Below the pieces are notes generated by a model, which worked only from the letters and a program-made list of their open reading frames with translations, made no database searches and was not told the origin of the DNA. Below are positions 40,201 through 53,697 of a DNA stretch of 64,000 bases, in pieces (positions within the stretch are counted from its first letter, which is position 1; each line of letters starts with the position of its first letter). Made by a program: the position numbers and the translations under genes. Source of the stretch: Phoronis australis (taxonomy: Eukaryota > Animalia > Phoronida). The stretch spans positions 174,493 through 238,492 of the forward strand of contig NMRA01000502.1 of the NCBI GenBank assembly GCA_002633005.1, written 5' to 3'.

Positions 40201-43200
40201 GTCGGTATACATGGGAACTTCATCTGCCAATCTGGCAACAAATTTCCAGATAGTCTGACATTTACTCAGCATACTAATGCATAAAAATGAAGTCTCCGGA
40301 ACAATACTATAGACTGACAGAGTGGCTAGACTGATGGAGTGGTTGGGCTGACAAACAGTACTGCTTTGCATTGTGGGAAAACTTAGGGGTGAGGAATTGA
40401 GTCGACAGGTTGCAGATAAACAATGTAGGTGTGTCCGTAAAGCCTTTGAAAAAGTGTTGACTTTCAATAGAAAACAAGAGGTACTTGTATCAAATTATAT
40501 GCCCAGTCCATCTTTCAAAACAGTGTTCTATGCCAGGAGTAGGGGTACACATAGCTAATTTTAAAAACACTAGTTTAATACATCTGGTAGTGCAAGCAGA
40601 TGTCGCTTATTGAGTTAACACAATTTCACTGGAAACATCATTCTGTACTAAGCAAAATGACACATGACAAATTAATGAAAAAGTACAACAAAGTAGAACC
40701 AATAGTGTCCCTACCAAGCTCTGTAAGTTCTGCCTTATGGATACACATCTGTTGCTCTCTCTGCACATCAAGCACCCTTTTCTGGACCTCATGCCACGTC
40801 AGGTTGGGTAGATCAGCCTGTGCAGTGAAAACAATTTGTTCTCAAATCAAATTGTCACCAGCTAAAGTAGACACTATAGTTAGACACTAGTCATGCTGTG
40901 TCATTGTTTTAGTCACAACCTTTTGAACTGAACAATGTAGAGTCCGTGTTTTGCCAAAATGGAAAAAAAAACATAAACATTTAGCCAAACATCTGCATTT
41001 CTTGCATTAGAATTGAAACTGATTATTGTGGATGCACACACGTTACAAAGCTGACACATTAGAAACTCGACCAGTTTCAGCGCAGCTTGAACTTGGTCAC
41101 TGAAGAATGAGCATCACCAACTCTATACAATCATGAATATTGATCTAAAAGTTGCTTTGGTTAGGAGCAGAGTAATTACTGCATTAGTGATGACTTCGTG
41201 GCAATAGAAACCTTTCAGTGCCATCAGGTTTTTGTTACTCTTTGAAGCATAAATGTGAGTCATGACGCAGACAAAAGAGTGCAGGAACACTTTAAAACAA
41301 TGGACTAGACAGATATCTGGATCTGGAAACAGCTGTCACTTGAGAGTGACACTAAACAAGAGATATTTGTAATGAAAAGAGAGTACACTGACAAACTTTT
41401 TCCTGTCAGCAAATCCGGCTGTTACATCTTTGGGAATTCCCAAGCTTTTTTGGGAAAAGCAGACATCCTTGCTTTTTGTAAAAGCTCTGACTAGTCTCAA
41501 AGCCGCACTTTGGTAACCAGCTTTCACCTGAGAAACATCAGAGGTTTGCAGAAAGGCTTTACTCAGACTTCATAAACTATACTCTTCCAATCAGTAGGCT
41601 TGGCTACATATCATATTACTCACTGCAAATATCCTCAGAGCTGTAGTGTAGAAGGCCCTGATCTCAGAGTATTTATAGATGCTATAAATGACTTTGATCA
41701 GACGCAGTAGCCAGAAAACACCAGCCACTGCCATACAAATGGCTACTTCAGGCTGGATCCTATAAGTACAAATCACAAACTTCAACTGATGAGCAGTACT
41801 TAATTTAATAAATGTTTTGCTAAGATGGGCTTCACGTGACACTGTTTTCAATATTATTGTACTCTTAGAAATTTTATATAGTAATAAGTCATACTAATAG
41901 CATCATCTCACTCAATAAGATTAGTCAAAATTTCTGTCAACTCTAGACTTTGACAGTACTAGCACCTAGTAATTAGATTATGGCACTTTCTCTAATATAA
42001 GCCCACTCTCCACTATTGGGTCAGGTGGGATAAAGCAAAGCTATCTTCAAATTAAAAGAGATCCTAAACAGTGCGAGTAATAAACAATGTTTTAAGAAAC
42101 TAATGGGCCGATGGGCTGATGTATGTATGTGGGCTACAGATCATTAGACTTGTATACCAATAACCAATAACAAGTCTACTCCAGTTTAATTGAACTTCAA
42201 GTCAATTACAAGCTCATGGGTTTATACTCAAGCAGAAGCAGTGCTTAGTACAATGCTGTTCAAAATAAAAAAGTTACAACCAGGAAATGTGCCATCAAAG
42301 CATAAACACCAATGAAAAAGACTTCATTATAGTGACCAAAGCATCATACCTGTGCACACATTGTTCCAGGGAGTAAAGTGACTCATTAATGGTCACTTTG
42401 TGAGTGCCATTGTGGTGGATATCATGGAACAGGACGTCGTACTTGACACAGTCGATAAGGAACACCGTAAATGTGACAACAAAGATGAACTGACTGAAAT
42501 GGAATGTTAAGAACAACATGAGATCGGGGAAGATGTGAGAAAATATAAAATTTTACAATGAAATATCAAGCATTAACAACTGAAAATTTTAGTTTATTCT
42601 AATATTGGCTACTGAAACAACGCAATTCTGATTGGGGACTTTTCACAAAAGTGCTCTCTAAAGTAATGAGAGCAAAAAAGTGCCTTCCCAATGAACCCGG
42701 CTCAGATTTGGTAGACAGAAATAGAATTGTTACATAGTGGATCATAAATATAAAAGCCGATGAATAAATACCACTGCCAGCGCCTCCTGTTGTTTGATAT
42801 AGTTCACTCATTTATTTTAGCTTCTTGACACCTGCTGGGATTGAATATATCTTGCTTTATTAGCGGCAGACACTGGCTTTGTCGTGGAGATACATCTTCG
42901 CATTGGAAAATGTATAGAACAGGATGTCCTTACTCATCAACTGACATTTCAAAAGGTTTGCTTTTTTGTAAGGCACTGATACATTCCAGAGCACAGCAGT
43001 GGAAATTTACTGGCACTATAACAACAGAAAAGGTGTTTAAATACTATTTATACCCGATTGAAACCTCCAGTCCATATTACATGGGTTCTGTAAGTGGTAC
43101 TAAACACCTGTCCACCAGAGACCTGATCGCTTTCTGGTGAGTTAGTGAATGTCAATATGGCATGGCTATTTCGAAAATTAGTAATTGTAAAATTACTGTA

Positions 43201-46200
43201 GAGATGAAGATTTAGATTATAGTAATGTTTTTCTTTAGCTACATGCAACTGTCCTCGGAGGGCAGTCATTCTTTTAGGGTAGGGGGTGTAGCTGGGATTC
43301 CCAATCTGGGGTGAAAGTTTTACCAGGCCAAAATGCAAAAATTCGACACATGTTACACCAAGAGATAGAATTTTGACCCGTATCTATGTCCATTGAAAAA
43401 GGGCTTAACACTAGACAGGTTCGCCATCTGTGCTGCACCCCTTGGCATCGCTGACAGATGTGTGACCTTCCCAAAACCATCAATACGTTTCCGTTTGACT
43501 TCGAGCACACAGACTGTAACTACAGCGTTTAGTTTTCAATTTTGTTGACAGAACGATGAACAACTTGAAGAAATGATTGCTGGCGTATTTGTTTGAGCTG
43601 AGAAGAGTTACAGTCACCAACAGCATCCTAAGGTGTCCTTCCACGCTCAAAATGTACATATAGCAACATGGCTTTGATGATTTAAATAGTGTGAGGCATA
43701 ATTTGCCAACAAGATTCCAGAGTGCATGCTGGCTCTAAAGCATGACTACTGCTCTGCGCCAGCTCCGATAGCATACATATGGCCCATCATCATACTTATA
43801 CATCATCTGAAAAAAGTCTAACCAAATAATACCATCTTCGTGTCCAGTATTGACTTTCTAAAATCATGTCAGTATTGATACAGTTTAGGCTATTAAACTC
43901 CTAATCCCATGTCCAGCTAGAGTTATGACCTGCTATCCCAATTTTAACTCCCACGAATTTCCATTCACAAAAAAGAGAATACTGATGAGCTGGAAAATTT
44001 AGTAAAATGCATTTTTATACATTAATTAATAAAACTACTAAATATGTGGAAGCCAAGCAATGAAAAACTGGTCATAGCTCAAGAAAAAATGACAACATTG
44101 CATCATCATCTTGCATCATCTTAATGGTCACATTATGGAGAAAAATCACAGAAATATCAGGAAATGTGATGAAAATGATTGTAGGTTGGAAACTAAACAA
44201 CTTCTGAGATATGAAACAATGAAAGTAAAACCAGAAAACTACAAGCTAACGATAAATCAGAATATAATTGCCTATGGAATCATAAAATTTTTGAAATCTG
44301 TGGGATATTAGATACTCACAGAAGCTGTAGAACATCTTCTAGTACCATACACCAAAAACCGTGTCGCTGATGGTACTGGTACACGCGTGTGAAGAATTCA
44401 TCCAAATTTTCAATATGGTTCCAGCGTGCTGCGAAGAAGAAAGATAAAGGCATTAGTGCAAAGAGACTCTGTTGAAAAGCTGGCATCTCTCTTTCACTTA
44501 CCACAACTTGCATTTAGCATAAAAAATCAGGAAACCATTCTGTACGATTAACTGTAACAAACTTGTTTCAAAAGTTCTCTAACTTTAATAGAAATGGGTC
44601 TCTACCTGCAACCGGCACGATGCAGTTCAATTTTGAAGGGATTGAGGAACTCTTAAAACTGATAGATTTTGCAATCTTTCCAGATCAGACAAGTAATGGA
44701 AAATATGTTATCATGATATGGAAAGATTTGACACTTATTATTTTGTGTTCAATTGTAGAATAACAATAATATTCACTAAGTTGGTGAGTTTTCTCCGGTG
44801 AAACGATCAGATCTTTCTTACGCACTTAAATTGGTGAGCCTGGAAATCCCAGGGGGTGCTCAGTGTGCCTGAAATGATCTCCGACTTCAAGGCAGTAGAC
44901 GTTTCTCAAAACTTATCAGGGAGATTGAGCTATTTATACAACATGGCCGTCAGGGGTCAATGAATAAATCAAAAAATGTTCAGAAGCAACGTCTGGATGC
45001 TCACGCGAGCATGGGGGTTGACCAGAATGTTTGTGATAGTTCAGATCAAGACCGTTGGACGTGTGGCCTGACTGAACAACACACTGTCTAATTAATGCCT
45101 CAAGTTTAAAATGAAACTGAGCTTGCAAACATGAAGACGAGTGTGCACTGATAAATGTTTTGTCATTATTGGGAAATTACATATCATTATAACACTACCA
45201 TACACGAGATTTCATATGATTGAAGAATTGGGCAAAAACAATCAGTCAGGTTAAAACTATGACACAGAATGCTCTTCTTGAATGGCTTCTCGGATACTGA
45301 AGATAATTTTGATTCCTTTGAGAGTACCTAGACCATTCATCAGACCAAAGTCAGCTTTTTTCTTAATTATTATTCAGCTGCATAAATTGGTTGCTCATCG
45401 TAGAACACAGGAGAGGTCAAAATTTTTTGTCAATCTAATCACAAAAAGTCAGCAACCGGTCATAGATTAATCGTCCCGCCAACTCCGACCAGACAAGCAA
45501 TGGCCTGCTAGAAATCATTAGCTTGGAACCCACTGTAGTCGTCACTTGGTTCAGAAATTTGGGACAAGAAGCAAGTAATCAACACATGCAGGGGTATATT
45601 TTTAAACTCTTGCACATGCACTAAATCAACGTTTCATAATTATAAAAATCAAATCGATGAAAATAAAGAATGCGTTTTTCAAAGGACAATATTACACTTG
45701 CATTGAAGTAGCAATGAAGTCACCCATGTGCTCTTTGTCTAGTCTGCTAATAGTTGGCCAGTCACCTATTTTTCTGTTTGCCAAATTGCTTCCAACTATT
45801 CAGACAAAAATTCATGAGGGCAATGTGAAATGTAAAAAATGCATGTCTGCTGATGTTTGCGCACTGAGTATGACTCCCTCGGAGACCTTCCATGGAGGCC
45901 AAAACGTCCCCTAGATTAAACATTCGAGGTACAACAATAGCCAAAACTGATTCAAAATCAACAATAGGGTCACACTGACTGCTGAATAATCCATGACAGA
46001 AATCCAATTACTTTTTACTAGAATTTTTCTATTCCGGATAAATCTCCACAAAATCTCGACAGGTTTTGCTCTCTCCATGCTGTCAAAATCACGACAACTT
46101 ATTGTCTAGCTAGGCGCAGTAACATCACATTAAATTCTGACAAAAATGCTATCTTAGTGAGACCTAAGTTTTAATAATCTGCAAAATAATTCAGGAAAGA

Positions 46201-46577
46201 TATTTATCCAAGTTTGGCTGAGTCTGTCAAGATTCTTTGATTGGAAATCTCTCCAGTTTATTTTCATTAAGTTGATCAGACATGTTAGTGAACAAAATAT
46301 CCTACAGCCCATGAATGCAGCGATGGATGAAAAATCCCGTCCTTGTCGATTTCCAACACAATTTCTATGGAAAATGTCAACATCAATCTTATACATACTG
46401 TACAAAGTAGCTCTGCACCCCAAGTGAATTAAACTAGGATTATTATAGAGGTGCACCTTTGCCATTCTCTGGCACCACATGGATGATGACATCATCCTCA
46501 AGTGTCACATGTTCCTCTGAGTCGTCGTCATCACAGTAGGCCGGGATCGCCTGGTAGCCGGTCTCAAAATGGCTCAT
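28300..46577 (-). CDS. ATG9: Autophagy-related protein 9 (lipid scramblase), 19 coding exons, 801 aa
   Basis: Exons 46457-46577, 44320-44428, 42350-42493, 41624-41759, 40715-40817, 39882-39981, 39669-39718, 38959-39043, 37603-37702, 36727-36830, 36142-36216, 34067-34217, 33537-33671, 32537-32716, 31845-31928, 31332-31398, 29715-29803, 29172-29347 and 28300-28696 total 2406 nt in frame. Recognisable ATG9A-like motifs: WNHIENLDEFFTRVYQYHQRHGF, ELDIYQRILRFKNYLIAM, RRWSLYARQYLRHFNELDHE, IYDEDVLQVEH, VEVVGVGDVCSFAQMDIRKHGNPQW, QAEDGKTELSLVHF, EMSISALYMHELH. Confidence 0.96.
29375..29545. repeat. Degenerate ~30-33 bp tandem repeat in an ATG9 intron
   Basis: Repeated ATATCAG(C/T)ATCACCAATATCAA units decaying rightwards. 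Confidence 0.7.
30699..31144. mobile_element. TA-flanked MITE (Tc1/mariner/pogo-like)
   Basis: TA-CCAGGATTTTCCATAGATAAGCCCA at the left and TGGGTTTATCTATTGAAAATTCCGG-TA at the right form a ~25-bp imperfect TIR. Internal repeated CATGGGC/ATAAA motifs. Confidence 0.65.
34290..35015. repeat. Dispersed repeat family B, copy 1 (unclassified TE)
   Basis: Colinear, diverged similarity to ~47998-48775 (shared blocks GACTATC.TCAAAATACA, GTTCTGCTC.TCA, CGTTTAAGTG..CTAATAAAC.TCATTTTCTTGCGTA, GAAACCAGTTC..ATAATTTGTTGTGACATGTA, ATACAGCTTTGC). Boundaries are approximate. Confidence 0.7.
35819..36081. mobile_element. Degenerate MITE, possibly Harbinger-type
   Basis: Imperfect TIRs GGGTGTGTTTCGTGAAAGTGACTTAA and TTAAGTCAATTTTTGTAAAACAGACCT, an inner inverted pair AGAAACTTGGTCTT / AAGACCAAATTTCT, and CTG on both flanks. 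Confidence 0.45.
37165..37610. repeat. 26-bp minisatellite, 17 copies, overlapping an ATG9 exon/intron junction
   Basis: Unit CTGATCATATACTCACTGAAGCATGA; the CACTGAAG core was counted 17 times between 37178 and 37607. Confidence 0.97.
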
Positions 46578-47997
46578 TCTTACACTACATTAACCAGCAA
46601 CCATTTTCAACCAATCTGCAATGATATCAAAAGCATTAATCCCATTGTGAATAAACATACAGATCACGGAAAGCCTCAAAGATGTATTTGCATGCTCACA
46701 GATATGCTAATGTTTAGCAGGAACTAAACGACAATGCTATTTGAACATCATAGAACACTACACAAAGTGCAGTTAGTGTATTCATTTACAACTTGTATGT
46801 GAAAACAATTAATTCTGCAAATAGGTGACCTTGGGGGCTCACAAAGCCCACATCATGCAGTGTTATTCCCCAGCACCACGTCATGATACTTACTGGACAC
46901 TGTTGAGTGATTTACAACAGATCATTTTCGACACAAAACTTGTTCTTAAAAACATTTGGCAAATTGCCAACGTACTTCATATTCACAGCGTCGCTATATG
47001 CTGTGTTTCTAATTAATATGACCAAGCAATGACAGAGATAGGGAAATAGTGTGCACTTCAATCAAAGAGTCACTCAATCAATATCTCCTTGAGCGCGCTC
47101 AGTACTAATTGGGTCAAGTTGAACTTCCAAACTCAAATTGGAAGACAGTCTGTACTTTTCAAAAGAAACTACACAGACTTCGACAGTTGTCTACCAGACT
47201 TTGTCAAACTTTGATAAAGAACTTGCCAGAATTATTTGGCAGTATAGTTGAACCTTTATTTATTTTGTAAAACTTTTGTGGGCTCTTGACATTATTGAGT
47301 CAAACTGGTCATTACTTATTTCATTTGTAAAGAAGTAACTTTTCACACTGTTCTCCACAACCTGTTTTGACTAGTCACTGCATCGAGTTTTAATTTTGTT
47401 GTGATGAGTTTGGCTTACTTGTATCAAGTTTGAAGACCCATGTAAAGAGTTAGAAATGTTGGATATTAGCCATTTCTTAAGCAAATTAGGACAGTCTGGA
47501 TTTTTGGCACTTCTTCAATGCAGTTATTGTAAGATTTACACACATAAAGAATATGTAACTTTTTCATGATGCTGTACTATTGCCTGTGTAAGCCTGCAGC
47601 GATGTAATAGCCTAGTCTTGTAGTCCTTGTATTTGAGTCCAGATATAAGCAAAAAGCAATGACAGACCAGAAATCTGTCATCACCTGGATGGCTACTAGT
47701 GATAGACATATCCAGGGATATACATTGGACTGCGACATTAGCAGATCAAAAAATAAAAAGGCGCAAGCGTACATTGCAACAGTGTGTCGCCCGGGCACAT
47801 CTTTTAAATCGCAAAACTCTTCCGAAAAGGCAAAATTCTAGTCAAGTTACAACCAGTCGGATAAAACATGACTTATTTTGATTGACCTTGGGGTTCCTGT
47901 TTCATATGTTGCTACTTTAATATACACTGTTGGGCAAACAGCTTTTTGAAAAAGGCACACTTTTTATCATCAGGTGCCCCCAAAGGGCAAGGTTCAA

Positions 47998-48775
47998 ACT
48001 AGCTAGATGTTAGACTATCGTCAAAATACAGATAGGTGCCACTGTGTGTTTTTCTTCCATAGACCCCAAAATAGCACATAGCCAGGGTAGTTCTGCTCAT
48101 CAACTCGCCGTGAGACCTGTATCAACAAGTAGAGCTAAAGACCGGATGGGGTGCATGCAAAAACTAGGAATCAAACGACACTCACCTTGCCCATTACAGT
48201 CGTTTAAGTGGAACAATCTAATAAACGTCATTTTCTTGCGTAATCCTCTGCCATTTCTAACAAAGAAAAGTTATGTTGTCATTTGGAAAACAATACGCTC
48301 GTGACACGCCCACGCGCCATTTTCTAAATTTTTACGACATCTCTCGGGAGATGATGATAGCTATTTTTTTGGTATGGGAGCTTGGCAGCAGCAAAATTTC
48401 TTCTGAAATTCAATTTCTCAGTATCAAAATTCTAAAAACTTAAAATGAAGTGAAACCAGTTCGGATAATTTGTTGTGACATGTATGCAATCCCGTAAAAG
48501 AAGAACACTTGATTAAAGAATTGGCAAAAAAGAACCTCATGGCCAAAAGGTGACGCAATATTTCATGGCGGCGAAAGCCATTGCAAAAGATCGGTCCACA
48601 ACTTTAGCAGCAGAATAACGCTAGCACGCCATTTTTTCCAACACCACTAAATAATTAACTTTATTCGAGAAAGACTGTAGTTTTTAATGACACTAATTAT
48701 GTGTCAGGTTTTATCTTACCATTTTTTTACCCACATCCGCACCAAGCTGTACATACAGCTTTGCGCCAAGGCTAG
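47998..48775. repeat. Dispersed repeat family B, copy 2 (unclassified TE)
   Basis: Same shared blocks as 34290-35015. Short matches to both ends also occur at ~12548-12602. Confidence 0.7.
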
Positions 48776-49209
48776 GTTCAAATCTGATCAGAAAAATCCC
48801 TGAGTCGAATGAGGTTTGTTGAGTANCTCGGCACAAATTAAAGAAAACTTCCGAATCGATGAATGCGGTATATCTGTGAGAGTTAAATCGAATCCTATTC
48901 AGATCATAACTTTGAAGTGGAATAATTCGGTGAGTACAACAGCAAGTCGGTTTTATGCTTAGGCGGACGACCATTGGCATTGGGCTCCCGAGTATACAGC
49001 TTTGCGCCAAGGCTAGGTTCAAATCTGATCAGAAAAATCCCTGAGTCGAATGAGGTTTGTTGAGTAGTTTTGGAGGAACCCACCTATCCGACAACTACCA
49101 GAGTATTGTTCTAACAGATCGAAAACGCACAGCCACAGGAGTGCCCAGAATTTAGAATTAGAATAGAAATTATATTATTGACAACAGTCAACAGACATTG
49201 ATGACTCAC

Positions 49210-49720
49210 CTTTATCTAGATTTCAGCAATTCATGATCTTGAGTGAAAACATAAATTAGTTTGTGAAAGCGTAAATCAGATTGGGATGAGGCGTACTCAA
49301 GTAAACTGGAAAGCGGTAAATAACAGTGAAAAATTGGTTCAGTTTATTCTGTCCTCGATCATCTGATGAATCAAAACAACCAAGATGCAATGCATGCCGG
49401 GATAGATTGCGAGGCCCGTGTTATTTCCGAGATATTTCCTTGGCTCGATTGGTCAAACTGGGTTATCAAAGCATAATTGAAGTAAATAAAATTATTGCTT
49501 TGGTGGGTGTATTAGTTACTAAAAAGGTTTTTATAGAGTTAATGTTTTTCAAAAAATATTTTGTGCTATCAAACATGTTGGAATTTATTTATTTCGTTTT
49601 CTTTCCCGTTTGATGTTGAAAAAATAAACCTGCGCGTCGTGATAAACTAGCAGCAAAACTTTCGTTAACTGGGCTTGGAGTGTATTTTCCTGTGGCTTGT
49701 TACTGATCAGTGGGAGTGGG
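49210..49720. promoter_or_regulatory. Putative shared bidirectional promoter and non-coding first exons of ATG9 (-) and CNOT9 (+)
   Basis: Both start-codon exons are preceded by splice acceptors (46616-46617 on -, 53684-53685 on +), so upstream UTR exons are expected. There is a consensus minus-strand donor AAG|GTGAGT at 49210/49209 and a plus-strand donor TGG|GTATGT at 49719/49720, with ATTGG (CCAAT box) at 49448-49452 between them. Transcription starts are inferred, not seen. Confidence 0.45.
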
Positions 49721-51002
49721 TATGTACTAAATTCGATCTTCTGAAACTTCTGATACAGCTGTGAATTTCAAACGCCTTCACCGATATTTTTGGCGTATTA
49801 TCATGCGCCGTTCACTTAGCAATAGTGCCAGCGCGGCGTTCTCGACTACGGCTACGCCAAAAGTAAAACTCGTAAAAGACAAAAGTACACAACATTACTT
49901 CTCTTATGGCGTTTTAAAAGCCAGTTAGTATATAGACTCCTGTGACCTAAAGTCGTGAATATAAGCATAAAAAGCAGCTGATTGTCATACTACCCAATGT
50001 CCGTTAGCAACTGCTCATTTGATGTCATGGACATATATCAGCCTTCACAAATATGCATGTTTTGACAATCTTTATCCGACTTTATCATTGTTTGTCTCCA
50101 TAAGCAGAGTTTTGGAACAGTCGCTCTTTGCCGGACATTTTGAATGGGGTCCTAAAGTCGTGACTGTTTCGTTTAGACAGAAATGCACGAAGTAAGACCA
50201 CACAAATCAACTACAGTGTTTACAGTTACTCTAGACAACATAAAAATGCATTGCGTTGTTTATTGATTCAGTTTCAATTGTTTTGCACCCCACTTTGATG
50301 TGCACAGACGTTTTCAATGAGGTTGTTCACGTGGAACGCTAAGAACCCAGCATCAATTATCTCTCTGTATTTTATTTCTTTGACCGTACAAAACTTGATC
50401 AACCGTGGGACATTTTGACATATTGTTCAAGCTATCCCTGGAGCGCGTGTTTGAGTAAATTTGAACGATCAATATTTTCGAAAATATTTCCCAAAAATGC
50501 ACAAAAAAGTGGATTAGATACATTTGAAAAAAGAAGCCACTCACTCACTGTTTGTTATCATATTGTGAATACCAACACGTCCTGGTATTCGTTTGACGTT
50601 CGTAAGCTGACAAACGCTGGAAACTTCAATGGCAGATGTCGCGGACCACGCAAAAGAGGAAATAAGATCGTTCACGACTTTAGGGCACTCACGAGTTTAG
50701 GACCTCTGACGGTAGTTATCAAATTATTCAACTGTATTTTTGAAATTAATGAAATTAAAAAGTTGGTGCTTTTAGTACCTAGAAATAGGATGTTTTTAGT
50801 TATAGTCTTAGAAGAGCCTGGTCATTTCAAATGAGTAATAACTAAGAACAAGAATCCACAAATGGGCCTGCACGGTATATCGATTTACCCCGTGTTTTGC
50901 TTATGTCATCCGCATATAGTGCAAATCAACGAAACGCGCAGCACAAATACACTGTACTTCAGCTACCACTTTTCCAAATACACATGGACTGTGTCGTTAT
51001 CG

Positions 51003-53270
51003 TGTAATGTGTTGTATTACTGCACAGGTTCACTAGTCATACCTGACAGAGAGTACTTACAATGTACAGCCAATCTGTACGGCTGAAAGCTTAAATAACC
51101 AGCTTCCACCAAGGTCCAGATTTAACAGGCTAAGTTCCCGGGTTTTGCAATGTTTTTGTGGTCGTGCCATCTGGGAAGCTATCACACGGACGAATCACGC
51201 GACAGCACAGGACAAGGACAACTACGAATGATGTTGACTATTACAAAATTTCCCCCTTCCCTAAAATATGTGAGGCCCACCCAGGAATCAACTTCATTCA
51301 CAAAAATATTTACTGTTCCCCCCAACCAAAAAACAAACTGTTAAAATAAGATGATGTAGTAATTCCCATTGGAAGATGGAGATAAAACAACTGTTAAACA
51401 AGATAAAACCAAAGAATTTGAAGTGCCAGCCCACCCCAATTGGATTGAGTAGTAAAATAGTAGACAAGAGTTTTTCAAAAGTAATAAAACAACACGTAAC
51501 AATTACACATAAGACCCCCCAGATAGGGCTGGACGTACCGGGTTATAGTCACTATTACATCACTCCAGCATAAGGATTGGCATTGTCTAAAAATACACGC
51601 CGATGAGGATGGATGCCATTAAGGTCTATATTTTGATGGAATGGGGGTGGGACTTTAAGCCTCACATCACGCTCGGACAACCTACTGCAATCTGACTCCA
51701 AACCCGAACAAAGAGCAGAGGAATCTTTGGATAAAAGGCTCTAGTTGGTTAAAAATTTGTTAAAAACGGAGGTGTCAGATTTCATATTGTCAGTTTCACC
51801 TTGGACAGAGAGTTGATAACTGCAACTGACATCTGACCCTACTGCAACAGAGTGATAAAACTTTTGTGGGATGTTTGAGTACAGTTTTTTTGAGTATCTC
51901 TTTACTTGTTTTTTAATATATCCTGCAAGGTTAATTACTTGGGACAGGGATTTTTCATTCATTCCGCTCCAACTTAAAACATTTGGAAACGCTGATGATA
52001 CCCACTTGACGTTAGCTTGCCTGTTTTTTTGGACAATTGACACCCAAATTATCCATTTCTCCACATCTAAAGCACTTGCCATACGTGTGTGTTGAACGGA
52101 CAGGACGAACAGGAGTTGTGGGAACTGGGCAGGGAAAATCATGGCAAGATGGGACAGTGATTGGACGAACTTTCTCAACATTTGTTCTAGTTTAAGTTTT
52201 AGAGAAATTGTCCTCCATGTGGACCAATTGTCATGTGGTCCAACTTTTGATGTAATAATTTGTTATCTTCTGTTAGATAACTTACACGGGACTCTAATAT
52301 ATCACATCTCTCCTCTAAGGCATTGATAGTATCCTCAGATGGATGTTTGGGAGTGACTGGGCAATGACTCTGCATGTTGAAGTCATCATCAATCACTTTT
52401 GAATTTGTGAATGGATGATGTGTATGAATGATGTCTTTGGTTGTCCAATACCTAACTGCACAATCTAAAGCCTCGTCAAAAGAATGAGGGTGACTAATAA
52501 GGACATGGTGAGCATTTGCTTGTCAATTATCCCAAAGTAAAACCTGAGTATTGACAATTGGTGGTCACTGTCGGAAAGATGAGGGAATGCCAACAAATAT
52601 AAATGATAGAGCCTGTCAGCCCACTGATGACGAGACTCGGCATGCTTTTGTGATACAGAGCGGAATTGTAATTGATCCACCCCTCGCACTCTAGAAGAAA
52701 CGCCAAAGCTTGTAGCTTCAACCACATCCTCACATAATGCCTCTGGCCAACTTTCTGTAAAATTACAGAGGAAGCGGAGTGCATCACCCTCACAACATAA
52801 ACTCAACTCTGCCAGGCATTTATCCCTAGACCATAAATTACCTGTAGCAAATTGAGTGAATTTCCATTTGGAAATCTTCCCAGGTATTCCGCACACCCTT
52901 AAAAACTAAATTGTGGGGGGCATGCGAATCGACCTTATATTCCCTTGCATTCCTTGCGCCGGACCTGCCGCCTCTGTCGCGCTTGCCTTTTCCATTTCCC
53001 CAGTACCCCCTTAGGCAAACAGGAGATGTAAAAGCACCAGGACCTATGCCACTGTAACGCCTACCTCCCACATTTTCCGAATACCCGCGAGGTCGAACAA
53101 GAAACGTGGAATCACCGGGCCTTATGCCACTGTCGCATCTACCCGCCACTGAATAGCAATAGGAACCCCCGGTATCTTGAAGTCCTCCCCAAATGAGAAT
53201 TAGGGGACCGATTAAGCCTGTCACAAGTATCAGCCACTCAAGCTAACCCTTGCAACAAAACAAAAATAAT
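51003..53270 (-). mobile_element. Decayed Gypsy-like LTR retroelement remnant (gag, PPT and 3' LTR; no pol seen)
   Basis: Frameshifted gag capsid-like sequence at ~52930-52500 (VFKGVRNTWEDF/KFTQFATGNLWSRDKCLAELSLCCEGDALRFL..QFRSVSQKHAESRHQWADRLYHLYLLAFP..RFYFGIID), a coiled-coil-like stretch at 52199-52396, and a degenerate zinc knuckle GKCFRCGEMDNLGVNCP near 52080-52030. Polypurine tract GGGAAGGGGGA at 51251-51261. Candidate LTR 51003-51245 bounded by TGTAAT...ATTACA. No 5' LTR found; that boundary is approximate. Confidence 0.7.
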
Positions 53271-53697
53271 TCTATCACACAAGCTGTCAAAAATGGTTGA
53301 AAATAATTTTCCCAGTCATGCAAAGATATCAAACAAATGTTGAAATACAAATGAGACACAGCAATCAATGTATTAATTATTCTTCTAGATTGCAACATTT
53401 TTTCACAGTTGATCTACATATCTTCTGACGGTACGTCTGTCACAAATAGCATTGCACTTACATGTTCATAGGTTTGGGTTGTTTAGGTCATGACTTTGTA
53501 GTTATCCTGCAAAGTGAACTCGGTGTCATTTTGCTGACAGGATGGCCAGTTAAATTTTATACACTACAGATTGTTTTTTTTAAGAAAAAAATTGCCACTG
53601 TTCATTTAGATTCCTCTGTTTTTGTCCCATTATTTTCCTTGCTGTATTGCCTTACCATTGAATGCCATGTTTTGTTTATTTATAGGTATTCCATAAT

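Noticed and set aside
45590-45913. hAT-like element (CAGGGG...CCCCTAG)
   Set aside because: The terminal match is too short and no TSD was found.
48181-48190. Minus-strand donor (AAG|GTGAGT) as an ATG9 UTR exon
   Set aside because: It lies inside dispersed repeat family B, with a similar site near 34478, so it is probably repeat-derived; not excluded without RNA data.
48753-49066. 73-bp direct repeat (48753-48825 and 48994-49066) as a short LTR or large TSD
   Set aside because: The first copy ends exactly at an N (48826), so it is most likely a contig-join artefact.
53389-53430. Possible small CNOT9 5' UTR exon
   Set aside because: It has plausible AG and GT boundaries (ACG|GTACGT) but no independent support.
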